DNA of 64,000 nt from Eledone cirrhosa. Taxonomy: Eukaryota. The notes under the pieces were generated by a model. The model was not told the origin of the DNA. It saw nothing but the letters and a program-made list of their open reading frames with translations, and ran no database searches. The stretch is taken from assembly GCA_964016885.1 (NCBI GenBank), contig CAXHJY010000568.1, positions 30,786 through 94,785 on the forward strand. The letters run 5' to 3'. A program made the position numbers and the translations under genes. Every line of letters starts with the position of its first letter. The first letter of the stretch is position 1. Below, one piece after another: positions 27,671 through 40,272 of the stretch.

Positions 27671-27735
27671 GAAGTGCAAGTGAGATTCAGTAAAGGAAGT
27701 TAAAATCTTTGCACTAAGGGACATAATAAAACTTA

Positions 27736-28085
27736 ACTTTTCTTTTTCTTCTCCCACTTATTCCTGAGAGGGTCGTGGGGGCACAGTCCTCAAACACTCA
27801 TTCCAGCGGGTTCTGTCAGAAGCAACAGTCTTCAACCGATCCCGCTGTATCTCCAAGCGTGACCAGCCAAGCTCATGTATGTTATATAACCATCTTGCTC
27901 GGGGCCTACCCTTGGGTATCCTGCTGGCTGGTTTTGCCCGTAAAATCTGTCCAGTTATTCTTTCCTGAAACATTCTAACTCCATGCTCAATTCGGAGAAG
28001 TAGCGGCTCTACATGGAGTGACACTCTGCTCTCTGAGCTACGAACTTTATCGAGTAACGTTACTCCAAAGACCGTTCGGAAACTC
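27736..28085 (-). mobile_element. RTE (Expander/Rex3-like) LINE 3' fragment
   Basis: VEPLLLRIE...RIPKGRPRARW...LGWSRLEI...PPRP matches the Expander/Rex3 RT C-terminus. Purine-rich tail follows the stop. Confidence 0.82.
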
Positions 28086-28435
28086 TTAACATCCTGTAAT
28101 GATTTAGTTGAAGATATCTAAATATTGGTTTGTTAATTCAAATGTTTATAGTATCTTTACGAGTGGTCATGTTGTAAAAGTTAGCAGTATTAATCTCTTA
28201 GCACCTTGTAATTATGAAGTGAAAAATATCTAAAAATGTGTTTGTTAATTTAGTTCAAAGGGTTTACTGTATCGTGACTAGGGGATAGATTGTGTGAAAA
28301 TTTGCAGTAAACTAAAGTAAAGACCTTAAATTTTAACGTGATGCAATCATAGTGTGGTTTCATACTTTTTAAGAGTATCTTGCTAATGTGGTTTTATGTT
28401 TTAAAGTCTGTCTCAAGCCAGGAGGTTCGTCAGAC

Positions 28436-28680
28436 CAGTGCTTAACCCGGTTTTGTGGCGTGAAGCGACTGAGAGTATAAGACTCCACCCGGACAGGATG
28501 TCAGTCCATCACAGGGTTAAATCCCCAGCTATTGGTGGGACTCATTTTCAGCTGAGTATACTAGAGTAATATAAAATGAAGTGTTTTGCTCTAGGACACA
28601 ACACACAACCCAGTCCAGGAATCGAACCCACGACATTATAATTGTAAGTCCAACACCCTTACCACTAGGCCACGCGTCTG
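28436..28680 (-). mobile_element. tRNA-derived CORE-like SINE
   Basis: A box TGGCCTAGTGG and B box GGTTCGATTCC, then a TGTGTCCTAGAGCAAAACACTT CORE-like domain and an L2-like 3' part. Confidence 0.8.
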
Positions 28681-28719
28681 CACTCGGTTTCGTGGGGTAC
28701 AGGATGTCAAGAGGTAAGT

Positions 28720-28810
28720 AGAATGTTCCACTGTACATCAATTTCATAGATTTAGAAAATCTTTTGTGCGTTCACAAGAGGATTCCTGAAAGAGCTTTCA
28801 ATACACGGGA
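28720..28810 (+). pseudogene. Tiny degenerate RTE reverse-transcriptase fragment
   Basis: Translates E*NVPLYINFIDLEN, resembling the RTE motif EWNxPLYINFIDFEKAFD. Confidence 0.45.
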
Positions 28811-29245
28811 GGATCGCCACTTTAGTAAATCTGTTCTATAGCCATTAGGGTATTCGGTTCACAATCGCAAGGACGTGAGTTTGATTCCCGGTGGCGCGTT
28901 GTACCCTGAGAAGTAACGGCTCTACTTCGAGTGACTCTCTGATCTCTGAGCTACAAATCTGTCCAGTGATTCTCAGACATTCTAACCGCAACATTAAATC
29001 AGACTAGACTATAAGAGTTGTCTCCCTTTTATCTTTCTCGTTTATCTGAATATTCTTAAAGATAGACTCGGGTGATTGAATGCGAGATAATAATAATAAT
29101 AATGGAATTATTGTGTAAAGTGCTCAGGTGCACTACAACTCGTCAAAATTACATGTATAGTACATAGAATAATATACAAATGTCAGGGAAGTGAATAGTG
29201 TATGAGTCATGATATACATGTGTGTCTGTGTATGGAGGGGGAACA

Positions 29246-32185
29246 TTAGGTGTAGTGTTGGCGAATCTCGGGAAGCATGGAGGTTTTAAAGGGTGCAGTG
29301 TCTCGACAGCTAACAACTGATGCAGGTAATTTGTTCCATGGAGGTTTTAAAGGATGCAGTGTCTCGACAGCTAACAACTGATGCAGGTAGTTTGTTCCAT
29401 GGAGGTTTTAAAGGATACAGTGTCTCGACAGCTAACAACTGATGCAGGTAGTTTGTTCCATGGAGGTTTTAAAGGATACAGTGTCTCGACAGCTAACAAC
29501 TGATGCAGGTAGTTTGTTCCATGCTTCAGCAACTCTGAGCGTGAAAAAATGTTTCCGAAAGTCATGGGAACTGTGCTGTTTTATGACTTTGTGGGCATAC
29601 CCACGTGTGTTAGACACATGGAAATCAAAAAGGTGTTCAGGGTTGTTGTTGGCAAGATGGTTAATAATTTTGTGGGTGTTTACCAAGTCAGTTGCCAAAC
29701 GTCGGAGCTTCAATGTATCCATGCCCAGGGAAGCAAAGCGTTCAGAATATGGTAGATGCCTGATGGAGGTTATTCGCTTGGTTGCACGTCTCTGAACAGT
29801 TTCCAGCTGGTCAATGTTCTGAGAAACATAGGGGTTAGAGACTGGTGATGCAAATTCTAAGCGTGGCTGCACCATAGCTATGTACAGCTTTAAATAGATA
29901 GCTGGAGAGCGGCTGACAAAGATCTTGCTGAGTGATGCTAAGACACCCTCGGCCTTCTTGACAATTTTAGAGACGTGCTTCGTCCAACGCAAATCGCTGC
30001 TGACAGTAATGCCCAGGTCACGTTCACAAGAAGACTTCTTGATATTAGTGTTGTGGAGGGAGTATGTGGACGCTGGGTTTTTACTCCCAAAATGCATGGT
30101 GGTGCATTTGTCCACAACTAGCTTGAGTTGCCAGTCAGTGATCCATTGTTGCATTGTGTCCAGGTCAGATTGCAGGCAAGATCTATAGTGTTCAGGATCT
30201 GTTCTTTTTATCTCAAGGTATAGCTTGATGTCATCTGCATATTTCAGTACTGTGGCATTCTTTAAGTTGGCATCTATGTCATTAATATATTCCACAAACA
30301 AAAGGAGGCCAAGAATAGATCCCTGTGGTACACCAGATGACATCTCATATGGTGAGGAATGCTGTCCTAGAACCGTGACTACCTCTCTTCGACTGAGAAT
30401 GAAGGACTTCAACCATTTAAAAAGAACGTCCTTCACACCCATTGCAGAGAGTTTTGCATAAGCCTTATGTGTGACACAGAATTGAAAGCTTTAGCAAAGT
30501 CAAGGTAAACAACATCTACCCATGAGCCGCCATCAGTGGTGATGTCTTCAAGAAACTCGATAAGCTGATCACAGCAGCTGGAGTTATGGATAAATCCAAA
30601 TTGCGAGGGCCGGATAAGACTGTGAGAGTTCCAGAAGTTCCAAAGTGTTTCTCTGACACAGGATTCCATCAGTTTGACAATGCAGCTAGTAAGACTAACT
30701 GGACGGTAGTTCACAGGTGATGTGCGGTCACCCTTTTTAAACAGAGGAATGACACTGGCAGTTTTCCACTGCTCCGGAGTAGCACCGTTGTTCAGACAGA
30801 ATTGGAAGAAGCGTGATAGCTGGTTTAGAAGCAAGTACCCACCACGTTTGAGAAGCAGGTATGTAACACCACCAAGATCAGGAGAGGCATAGTTGCGCTT
30901 ATTCTTAAGGTGTCGTCGCAGCATTGCAGGTGTAAATTCCATAGTTGTAACAGAATGCGGTGTCATAGGTGGTGGAGACGGTACACTCTGGTCTTCAATA
31001 GTGAAAATGCCTGCATATCATTCAGCAATGAGCTCTGCGCACTCCTTGGGGTCGTCTGTAATCTGGCTTGTGTGGGGATTGCGAAGAGGACCAACTGGAG
31101 AGTGAGGCCTCTGCTTTGAGTGAACATACTTCCAGAACACCTTACTGTCAGGGCTGGTTGCTATGCGCTGCTCAAATTGAAGCACTACCTTTTTTGTCAC
31201 CTGTTTGAGATGGTTGGATGATTTATTTCGTTTCTTCCTATTGATATCTGATTTATGCAGTTTGTACTCACGTTCAGCATTACGGCGTTCTTTTCTGGCA
31301 AGACGGACTGCTGAAGTCTCCCAAATTGCACTTTTGGTATGTTTTTTCTGCTTACGTGGCACCGATGCTGCACATACTGTACATATTGAGCTCAGGATGT
31401 TCTGGAGTACAGTGTTGACATCTCCAGAGTCGTAGAACTCAAGTCAGTTTGGACGTTGCAACTCGGTGCAGTAACAGTTCCAGTGTGCTTTATTACAGTC
31501 AAAGTGAGCAATTTGGAGATGGTTGTGGTTTTTGTTACTGCCTATGAGGGATAGATTGGCAATGATCATAGCAAGATCAGTCACTTAAAGGTTCCTCAAC
31601 AGTAACACTAATAACCGTTTCAGGAGTAGTGGTGAAGAGTTGGTCCAAAGTGTTGTCACCTCTTGTTGGGGAAGTGACTACTTGGGACCAATTCGAGTGC
31701 AGCACTAGCTCATGGAAGTCATTTGCATTTGGCGGCCAACGAAAGGTCTCCCAGTCAATCTCAGGGTGATTGAAGTCTCCTGCAATAAAAACATAAGTGG
31801 CTGTTTTCCTGGGAGTAGCTCTGAGGATATCACAAAGTTGAGTGTGCCGATGGTAATTTGGGGGACGGTAAACGACTCCAAGTAGCAGTGTTGACATGGT
31901 CATACGTATATCGCAGAAAAATACTTCCTGCTGCGATTGGTTCAAATCAGCAAAAGGAATTGCCGACAGATTTGACCGAACGTAGACCATTACACCACCA
32001 CCACCACCACGATTAATGCGGTCTTTACGAAACAGGTTGTAGCCAGTTATGCTGAAAACCCCATCACAGAATAAGGAATGTGCCCAAGTTTCCGTGACTG
32101 TAATTAAGTCAGGGTTGATACTTTTGACGTAGGAGTCAAAAAGATGAATCTTATTGCATAGACTACGTGCATTCAAGGACAACAA
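29246..32185 (-). pseudogene. Disrupted LINE ORF2 (AP endonuclease + reverse transcriptase)
   Basis: APE: LNARSL, ITVTETW, YRPP, AGDFNHPEIDW, TRGDNTLD. RT: NYRPVSLT, QFGF, YLDFAKAFNSV, SGVPQGSILG, YADD, ERDLGI, QRRATK. Broken near 31577, 31018, 30440 and by the 61-bp repeat. Original end probably FKTSMLPEIRQHYT*. Confidence 0.9.
29276..29519. repeat. 61-bp tandem repeat x4 within the LINE ORF2 C-terminus
   Basis: CATGG starts at 29276, 29337, 29398 and 29459. Confidence 0.95.
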
Positions 32186-32764
32186 TTTGTACCTTGATTC
32201 CAGGTTATTTGTTTGTTTGTGTGTGTGTGTTTGTGTGTATGTGTGTGCGTGTGTGTGTGTATGCAGTGGCGAACTGGGTCTAAAATATTCATTGCCAGGA
32301 GATAAAGGGACCCACCCACTTATAGAATGCTATCGTTTATTTTTTATAATGAATAAATAACATTTTCAAAAAATACATAAGTGAAAACAAAAAAATGCAA
32401 TCAAATTTCTGCAGAAATTAATGTATATATTTTTTTACTAATTATAGTGTATATATACAATACATATTACAGGCAGTATACAGTAATACCAAATGTAAAT
32501 ACAGACTATTATAAAAGAATTTAAAAATAATTGTGAATGTATAGTATACTGTATAGTATACTGTTTTACCTGCTCCAATAAAAAGTATAGACATCCAAGG
32601 AGTTTCAATAACGACCTTTGATCTTTCACACTCACTCAGTATATATAACTGGGAGTGTGTGTATGTTTACATGTACATGTGTATATATAGATTTATATAT
32701 ATGTATTTCAACTATACAGAAAAGAAGGGCTGATAGTACAACCCCCCCCCCCTCCTGCTTAACT

Positions 32765-33075
32765 CCCTTCAAGATATCTATACAACGTGTAGTTCCCAAG
32801 TCTGTTTTTACTTATGACTGGCAAGCGGCTCAGCGACCGTATCTGTATCAGTGAGCGGCTCAGCGACCGTATCTGTATCAGTGAGCGGCTCAGCGACCGT
32901 ATCTGTATCAGTGAGCTGCTCAACATTACCAGACTTAGACTAATTACATCAATTGTCAAGTCAAGAGTACTCAAACTATACGGCCATATAAAAAGATCAA
33001 CTCGTGGTGTGAGTAGGTTATGCCTGGAAGGAAGGTTGGCTGGTAAGAGAAGCAGAGGCCGGCAGCCAAAACGAT
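32765..33075 (+). mobile_element. RTE-type LINE RT C-terminal fragment containing a 30-bp x3 in-frame repeat
   Basis: LKLYGHIKR...LEGRLAGKRSRGRQPKR motif. GCGGCTCAGCGACCGTATCTGTATCAGTGA x3 at about 32825-32914. Confidence 0.75.
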
Positions 33076-33118
33076 CTTGTTTTTGTGTGTTGTGTGATTA
33101 GTTTGCGCATGCGTTACA

Positions 33119-33120
<2 letters not shown>

Positions 33121-33182
<62 letters not shown>
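33121..33182. repeat. (GT)n microsatellite
   Basis: Read directly. Confidence 0.95.
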
Positions 33183-33185
<3 letters not shown>

Positions 33186-33299
33186 ATTTATGTGTTTATT
33201 TACTTGTCACTCGCTGGTTGTTTGTTCTATCTGTTCTCTCTGTGTGTGTCTGATTTTTTTGTGTGTATGTCTGTATGTCTTCATTTTGTCCATAATTAC

Positions 33300-33668
33300 T
33301 AGTTGTGATGTTGCTATTCCACTCATGTTTTCTGTTTAATTTTGGTTGGAGTTCGCTCATGTTTGTTGCCTCTGTGATTTGTCTGAGCATTGCATTTTTT
33401 CTGTGTATGGATATAATTTTTATCTCTATGTTCTCTAATGTGCTCCTATGTTCTATTGTGGCATGTTGGTGGAGTACTGATGAGTTTTTCCCCTCTTGGA
33501 GTTCTCGCCAGTGTTCACTTATCCTTTCACCTATGCTATGGGATGTTTCACCTATGTATGTTGTGTTCTTATTCCTACACTGTCCCTCAGTACATCTTAT
33601 GTTATATACTACGTTCCTAGTTTTGCAGTTAGTTTGTGGCATTAATGTGCAGACTATGCATTTCCTAT
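33300..33668 (-). pseudogene. Penelope-like element GIY-YIG endonuclease fragment
   Basis: CIVC...NCKTRNVVYNIRC...YIGETSHSIGERISEH...VLHQH...RQITEA...PKLN. Confidence 0.88.
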
Positions 33669-33689
33669 CAGGGGGATCTTTGGAATGGG

Positions 33690-33800
33690 TATGTCCCACA
33701 AGACAACCCATTTGTCCCACAAAACAACGAAGATGTCCCACAAGACCACCAAGATGTCCTACAAGACGACACAGCTGTCCCATGAGACAACCCATATGAT
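33690..33800. repeat. Degenerate 21-bp tandem repeat (GATGTCCCACAAGACAACC..)
   Basis: About 5 units; gives the repeated CPTR peptide. Confidence 0.75.
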
Positions 33801-34104
33801 GACTTACCAAATATTACCTATACTCAACTTTAATCTAAATTAAACACTTTAGAAATAGATTTACAGTGAAAATTAAAGGTAAATGAATTATTTCTGTTTG
33901 TTACTTATTCTTTAAGTAATATTTCACAGGTAAAAGTCGGACTATTTTATTTACCTTTTCTACTAATTTACTGTACAGTAAACCTATGTTAAACGATTAG
34001 TAGTTTGTTGTAAAAAGTCCAGTAAACCCGAACTTGATTTATGTCTATGTAAGTTGTATTCGTATCAGGAATACGGTACAGTATATATATTATTTTGTTA
34101 TGCT

Positions 34105-34381
34105 GTGTGTTGTGTTCTTGATCAAGACACTTTATTTCACGTTGCTCCAGTTCACTCAGCTGTAGATATGAGTTGTGACGTCACTGGTGCCAAGCTGTAT
34201 CGGCCATAGCCTTTTCTTTGGACAACATCGATGGTGTGGAGAAGGGAAACTGGTATGTATGAGTGACTGCTGGTCTTCTACAAACAACCTTACCCACACA
34301 TGTGCTTCGGAGGAGATCTTTCTAGGTGTAAACCCCATGGTCATCGGTGACCGAAGGGGGTCTTTATCCTTTACCTTTACA
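34105..34381 (+). mobile_element. 5'-truncated CORE-like SINE with (CCTTTA)n tail
   Basis: TGTGTTCTTGATCAAGACACTT...CACTCAGCTG is homologous to the SINE at 28436-28680. Ends TTTATCCTTTACCTTTAC. Confidence 0.7.
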
Positions 34382-34529
34382 CTAAGCTTTACTGGTTCGG
34401 AAAACAGCTACTCCGGCACCTGTCTGGTCCCAAGCTTGCCGGATATGTGTGCTCCAGCATGTATTAATTATTCCGTTAGGAAAACAATATGTCACGTGCT
34501 GTGGTAACGATGGTTACTGATTTAGACAC

Positions 34530-34705
34530 AAGGCCAACAATTTTGGGTTAGGGGAAAGTCGATTAAATCGACCCTAGTACATTATTTTATCGACCTATAA
34601 GGATGAAAAGCTAAGCTAACCTTGGCGGGATTTGAACTCACAATGTAAAGGGACATAACTATTTATCGCAAAGTATGTTGTCCGACGCTCTACCAATTAC
34701 TTACA
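34530..34705 (-). mobile_element. tRNA-derived SINE (Octopus-type family)
   Basis: GTCGATTAAATCGACCC...AAGGATGAAA...GGCGGGATTTGAACTCA (B box on minus). Sibling copies at 45958 and 46507. Confidence 0.75.
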
Positions 34706-34929
34706 ATCCACCTCCCTCACACGCTGTAGTAATGATAGTAATATCCACCACTCGTGATTTCATGCCTATTTTATCATAAAAATTATTATATAAATTGATT
34801 AAGGGGAGTAACTCTAACGTTGACTATTTTTAGCCATTTAGCCATCAGGAGTTACGTACCTTGGAAGAAGTTTTAAATTCTATTCATCGATTAAAACCAG
34901 AAGCCTATTTTTGAACAGCTATATGCAAA

Positions 34930-35190
<261 letters not shown>

Positions 35191-36702
35191 TCTGGTTTTA
35201 TAATTTCACAAATTTTTTCCAATAGAGAGAGAGTCGGTTTCTAACATAGACACAAGACTCTCATTGGAATTTACACAACATAAACTAGGTAGATATGTAT
35301 GCATGTGTGCATGTATGTGTGTGCAGGTATGGATGTTATTGTATGTGTGGATGTGTATGTTTTGAGTTGTATGTGTGCATGTGTATATGCTTTGTATCTG
35401 TACATGTGTATATGCAGTTATTAGATGCAACATTTTTGGAATGTTTTACATATTTTTACTGTTCCATTAATGGATTGTATTTGTAATTTCCTAACTAGTT
35501 GTGTTCTTTCTGTGAAGCCTTGCTTCTCAAGATTTGTATTGAGGCAGTTACTAACATACCCCAGTGCCCCAATAATCACAGGTATAAATCTGAAAGTATA
35601 GTCAGGGTGGAGTATCTGCAGATTTCTCATTAGTTCTGCATAGATATTCTCCTTTCGCTAATCTTTGATATTATATTGGCATCTGCTGGACAGCTAACTT
35701 CCACTACTGTGCATGCCTTATTTTCCCTGTCCCATATCATTATATTTAGTCTGTTATGCCTGCATTTTATTGGGGTTTTTACTGGAACATTCCCCCAGTA
35801 TTCTTTCATATTATGTATACGGATGTCTTGCTGTAGCTTTTAATGTGTTTATTATTGGGGCTATCTTTTATACGGATTGCAATGTACAGTATTTTGGCCA
35901 CTACATCTTTTGTGAATCAGGTATTTCGTGTTAATTTCCTGTTCTTGGATTGAAAAAGCGTATCCTTCAAAGTGGGAGCCAATATAGCAACCGCTATATT
36001 GGCTCCCACTTTGGTCCAAGATAGACTACTTTTCTTATCTATATTACTTTCACTCTTGAGCTTCCTGGCAACATATCCATGCATGATTTTTTGCTGATAA
36101 GCATGCAGTTTTTCATCCATGGATTCACGGCGATACTGCTGAGCGACTTCCTTGGGTGTGAGTTTTTGATTATCACACAGGGAATATCTCTCGAGGAGTT
36201 CCTTCCCAACTCTCACGATCTTATCTGTTTCATGCAGATAGACTTGCTCGAGAGACGGGCTCCTACGCTTCGAGGTTCGTAGATGTTGTCGGAGGGATAT
36301 GATGCGACATTCAAATGCTGTCTGGACTGATGTTAGGCCTCTGCCTCCCTGCTTACGTTTTAAGTAAAGTCACTGTTGATGTGGAAGTATTTTTCGAGTT
36401 CTAACATCAACTGCTCGGATTTCATCTATCGTCCAATTGAGTATTCCAAACGTTGGTGTTAGGACAGGCACAGCAAACACACTGTGAGCCACTGTTTTGT
36501 TTTGCGCAGAGAGTTCCGATAACCAAATCTTTCTTAATTGGGTGTAATATTCCCTGGTTACGTGTTCCTTATTACAGATACCATTATAGGATATGTTCTC
36601 ATCTATCCCCAGGTATCTGTGGCAGTCCTCATCAGATATCGGTGAAACAGTTAGACCATTGATGAAAATGTTGCTAGATTGGGTTGTTGTTTTCCCCCAC
36701 TT
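35191..36702 (-). mobile_element. R4/Dong-type RLE non-LTR retrotransposon, 5'-truncated copy 1
   Basis: Minus-strand translation gives RYLGIDE...LRKIWLSELSAQNKTVAHSVFAVPVLT..FGILNWT...LYLKRKQGGRGL, then a decayed RLE domain ending PVIIGALG...CCI*, and a 3' UTR shared with copy 2. Confidence 0.85.
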
Positions 36703-36703
36703 T

Positions 36704-36794
36704 TATGTATGTATGTATGTATGTATGTATGTATGTATGTATGTATGTATGTATGTATGTATGTATGTATGTATGTATGTATGTATGTATGTAT
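36704..36794. repeat. (TATG)n microsatellite, about 22 units
   Basis: Read directly. Confidence 0.95.
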
Positions 36795-37363
36795 CATGGT
36801 CGGGTCGTTGGCGACTAAACTGGCAACCCCACCAAGGTTTCTTGGTGAGGAGGGTGACTTTGGAAATCCTGCAGGACTAAAAACAAAACTTGTCAAAGGG
36901 CAAAGGAGCTCTTAAGAGTCAATGGCCGTCCAAAATCACTGGGAGAATGACCCCTTAGCCTTTGTCAAGGCAGAATTCTAGGAGAAGGAAAACTCTGATA
37001 TAACACCTGCAACCCTGATGGTATCCAATGATGTTGACTTGTTCTTCTTTTTGGTAAATATCATCTTGGTTAAGAGAGTGGGACTGGCTTTGTGCAGTGC
37101 CTTTGCTCAATATAAAAGCTTCACGGCACAGGCATTGCTTTATATCTGGAGATCTCTCTGCACTTGTCATCACATGGTACCATGGGTCCAGCACTATGTG
37201 TCAATAATTGTCACAAGTGTAGTGTTTGTACCAGAGTTTTCAAGACGCTGGCTGGAGTAAAAAGTCACACTCGTTCAGCGCATCGGTAGGGGTTCTCCTA
37301 CATGGATATAAAGTAGTGGCCGTACTCGAAAACGAGTTGGCAGCCACCATGTATGTATGTATG
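36795..37363 (+). mobile_element. Internally deleted (bipartite) RTE-derived non-autonomous element with (ATGT)n tail
   Basis: 5' part has the RTE-like UTR motif TCTAGGAGAAGGAAAACTCTGAT. 3' part encodes CSVCTRVFKTLAGVKSHTRSAHR* (C2H2 finger), then a CTCGAAAACGAG hairpin and an ATGT tail. Confidence 0.6.
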
Positions 37364-38180
37364 TTCTTCTGGTTTTATAATTTCACAAATTTTTTGCCAA
37401 TAGAGAGAGAGTCGGTGTCTAACATAGATACAAGACTCTCTCATTGGAATTTACACAACATCAACTAGGTAGATTATGTATGCATGCATGTGTAGATATG
37501 GATGTTATTGTATGTGTGGATGTGTATGTTTTGAGTTGTATGTGTGCATGTGTATATGCTTTGTATCTGTACATGTGTATATGCAATTATTAGATGCAAC
37601 ATTTTTGGAATGTTTTACATATTTTTACTGTTCCATTAATGGATTGTACTTGTAATTTCCTAACTAGTTGTGTTCTTTCTGTTCCTGTGAAGCCTAGCTT
37701 GTCAAGATTTGTATTGAGGCAGTTACTAACATACCCCAGTGCTCCAATAATCACAGGCATAAATCTGAAGGTGTAATCAGGGTGGAGTATCTGCAGATTT
37801 CTCATCAGTTCTGCATAGATATTCTTCTTTTCGCTAATCTTTGAGATTATATTGGCATCTGCTGGGCAGCTAATTTCCACTACTGTGCATGCTTTCTTCT
37901 CCCTGTCCCATATCATAATATCTGGCCTGTTATGCCTGCATTTTACTATGGTTTTTACTGGAACATTCCACCAGTACTCTTTCATATTATGTACGTGGAT
38001 GTCTTCCACATTGCTGTAGCTTTTAATGTGTTTATTATCGGGCTATCTTTTTTACGGACTGCATTGTACAGTGTTTTGGCCAATACATCATGCCTCATAG
38101 GTAGATAGTACCGCGATGACATCTTTGGACAGCTGCTGATGACATGGGTGATATCCTCGATGTTAGTTCTGCAGAGTATT
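37364..38180 (-). mobile_element. R4/Dong-type RLE non-LTR retrotransposon, 5'-truncated copy 2
   Basis: CCHC remnant C..NIEDITHVISSC..RHD. RLE core HNRPDIMIWD...VVEISCP...EKKNIY...PVIIGALG. Confidence 0.9.
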
Positions 38181-38322
38181 TTACCTGCATCCTCAACTGA
38201 ATAAAGTTTGTTTACCTTTCTTGTTGTTTGTCTTCGATACTTCCTTAATTTTGTTGTTGATGTTGTGTTCAGCCAAGCTCTTTGTAGCAAATCATTGTAA
38301 AATGAATTATGTATTTAGTCGG

Positions 38323-38364
38323 ATATCTCTACGAATTCGAATAAAAGGTGTCTTCAGAAGATAT
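38323..38364 (-). ncRNA. Degenerate minimal hammerhead ribozyme relic (PLE pLTR)
   Basis: ATATCTT-CTGAAGA-caccttttattc-GAAT-TCG-TA-GAGATAT. 7-bp stem I intact; stem II and A15.1 decayed. Confidence 0.45.
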
Positions 38365-38699
38365 AGTTAGAAGAATAACCAGTTATTCAACATAGCTGTA
38401 GTTTTGGCATTACTGTCGGAGATAGCATTCATCTTAAATTTAATAAATAGTCTCCCACGCCAAAATATGCGACTGATCGCGTGACCGTTCTATATCGAAC
38501 CGCCATAAACACAGCTTTGATCATCACAAAAACAACAGCTACTTTATAATTACATGTCGCTTGAGGTACACCAATGTATATTTATATATATATACACACA
38601 TATATATATACACATATATATATTTATTAAAATAACAGATTAAAGTTTAAGCAAAGAATCGCTGCTTTCACCCTTAACGGGATCTTCTGAAACTAACAA

Positions 38700-38970
38700 A
38701 GTCAATCTGTAAACGCAGAACTGGATATTTCAAAAAACGTTGCAACCGGAGGAAGACAGGAAGACGATACTTTGGTTCGTGGTAACGTTCGCTGGCAAAG
38801 AACGGGAAAAAACGAATAATACGTCATTAATAGGAGCGGTGAAAAACAATTACGCGCAAAGACAGAACCACGTTTATGGTATAAAAGAGGTCGTAGACTA
38901 ATGTTCTCTTAGGTGGTGCATAGAGACGTTCTCTGGCAATGAACGAAAAAACGAAGATAATAAGTCATAC
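38700..38970 (+). repeat. Unclassified dispersed repeat (homolog of 3736-3955) with partial internal duplication
   Basis: See 3736-3955. ACGTTC.CTGGCAA.GAACG is repeated at about 38785 and 38926. Confidence 0.7.
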
Positions 38971-39203
38971 GGTTCTTATATATTTGATATATATTTTCCT
39001 TATCGAGCCCTCTTTGGATTATAGTCTTCAATTTTATTATTATTACTATACACACATATATATATATACATTAGAAAGTGAGTTTTTTTTACAAAATGAA
39101 AAATAACTGAGGTGTCCTACACGAGTGAAAGTATAAAGAAAAAAAGATGAAATCGAAAATGCAACTGGTATCTTATTTTTAAAAAAATATATATATTTAT
39201 TTG

Positions 39204-39247
39204 GTTCCTTTAACGGTTTCGCAGTTCTTCTGCTTTTCAAAAGTAGA
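39204..39247 (-). ncRNA. Minimal hammerhead motif, U3:A8 core variant (3' pLTR copy)
   Basis: CTT-TTGAAAA-GCAG AAGAA CTGC-GAAA-CCGT-TA-AAG. Confidence 0.6.
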
Positions 39248-40272
39248 GTTGAGATGGAGGGTCTGTGGTTTTTCTCACATCTGGTTGGTCTCTGAATGTT
39301 ACTTGTTTTATATGGAAAAAGTGGCTCGAAATGCCAGGTTTTTCGAGAAGTAATTTGATTGGTTGGTCAATAATTATAATAAATTTCGCGCCAGTTCGCG
39401 TTACAAAGTTCTTCAAACAAGGGGGGGGGGGTTGTCACAGGTTGTTTTTTCATATATGAGTGTTTGAATTTCTTTTTACTTAAAAAAAGGGGGCTCAAGA
39501 AGGCTTTTTTTTAATAAACGTAATTTGATTGGTTATAAATGAAATTATGGCTGTCACGTGAACAAGTTTTCATTAAATTTTCGCGCCCTTATTTGGAAAT
39601 CCATTCTGTAGCCTTTTTAGAGAATTTTATGATAAGTAAAAGATAATGGTCAAGAGAAATGGGATGGGAGAATTGTTCTGGTTCAGTGAATATGGTTAGT
39701 TCGCTGGGGTGTCAGAATTCAGATTTTCTATTGAATAAAGAAAGTAAAGATATGTATTTTTATTTGTGTGCTTGTGTGTGTATTGGAAGATGATTCTATT
39801 AGTAGAAATGGGGGAGGGAGTTGTGTGTATGGGTGTTATGTGTGTGTGTGTGGGAGTATGTTAAGATGGAGAGAATATATATTTTGTGTGTGTGTATATA
39901 TGTGTGTAGGAAAGTGATTCTATTAGTAGAAATGGGGGAGGGAGTTGTGTGTGTGGGTGTTGGGGTTGTTATATGTGTGTATGGGTGTTATGTGTGTGGG
40001 AGTATCGTTAGCATGTTAAGATGAAGAGAATATATATATATATATTGTGTGTGTGTATGTGTGTGTGTAGGAAAATGATTCCTTTAGTAGGAATATTTTT
40101 GAATGAACATATTTTCCTTTCTTATTCGTATTTGTTCTGTTGTATTGTCAGTGCAAACGTATGTTAAGGTTTATTTAGTTCGGGTTTTTATTTTCTAAAG
40201 TAGAAGTTGTTATGTGTGTGTGTATGTGTCTGTTTGGGTGGTTAGCATGTTATGGTGTTGACATAATGTATA

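Larger units (their letters stand above)
29088..32207 (-). mobile_element. CR1/L2-group LINE, 5'-truncated at the ORF2 start, with (ATT)n tail
   Basis: APE and RT domains in order, a 3' UTR and an (ATT)n tail at 29088-29103. Confidence 0.92.

Noticed and set aside
29276-29519. CRISPR-like appearance of regular repeats (also 2010-2156 and 32825-32914)
   Set aside because: Head-to-tail repeats with no unique spacers, in a eukaryotic context with no cas genes.
32263-32320. CAGTGGCG hAT-like terminus
   Set aside because: No matching second TIR or TSD found.
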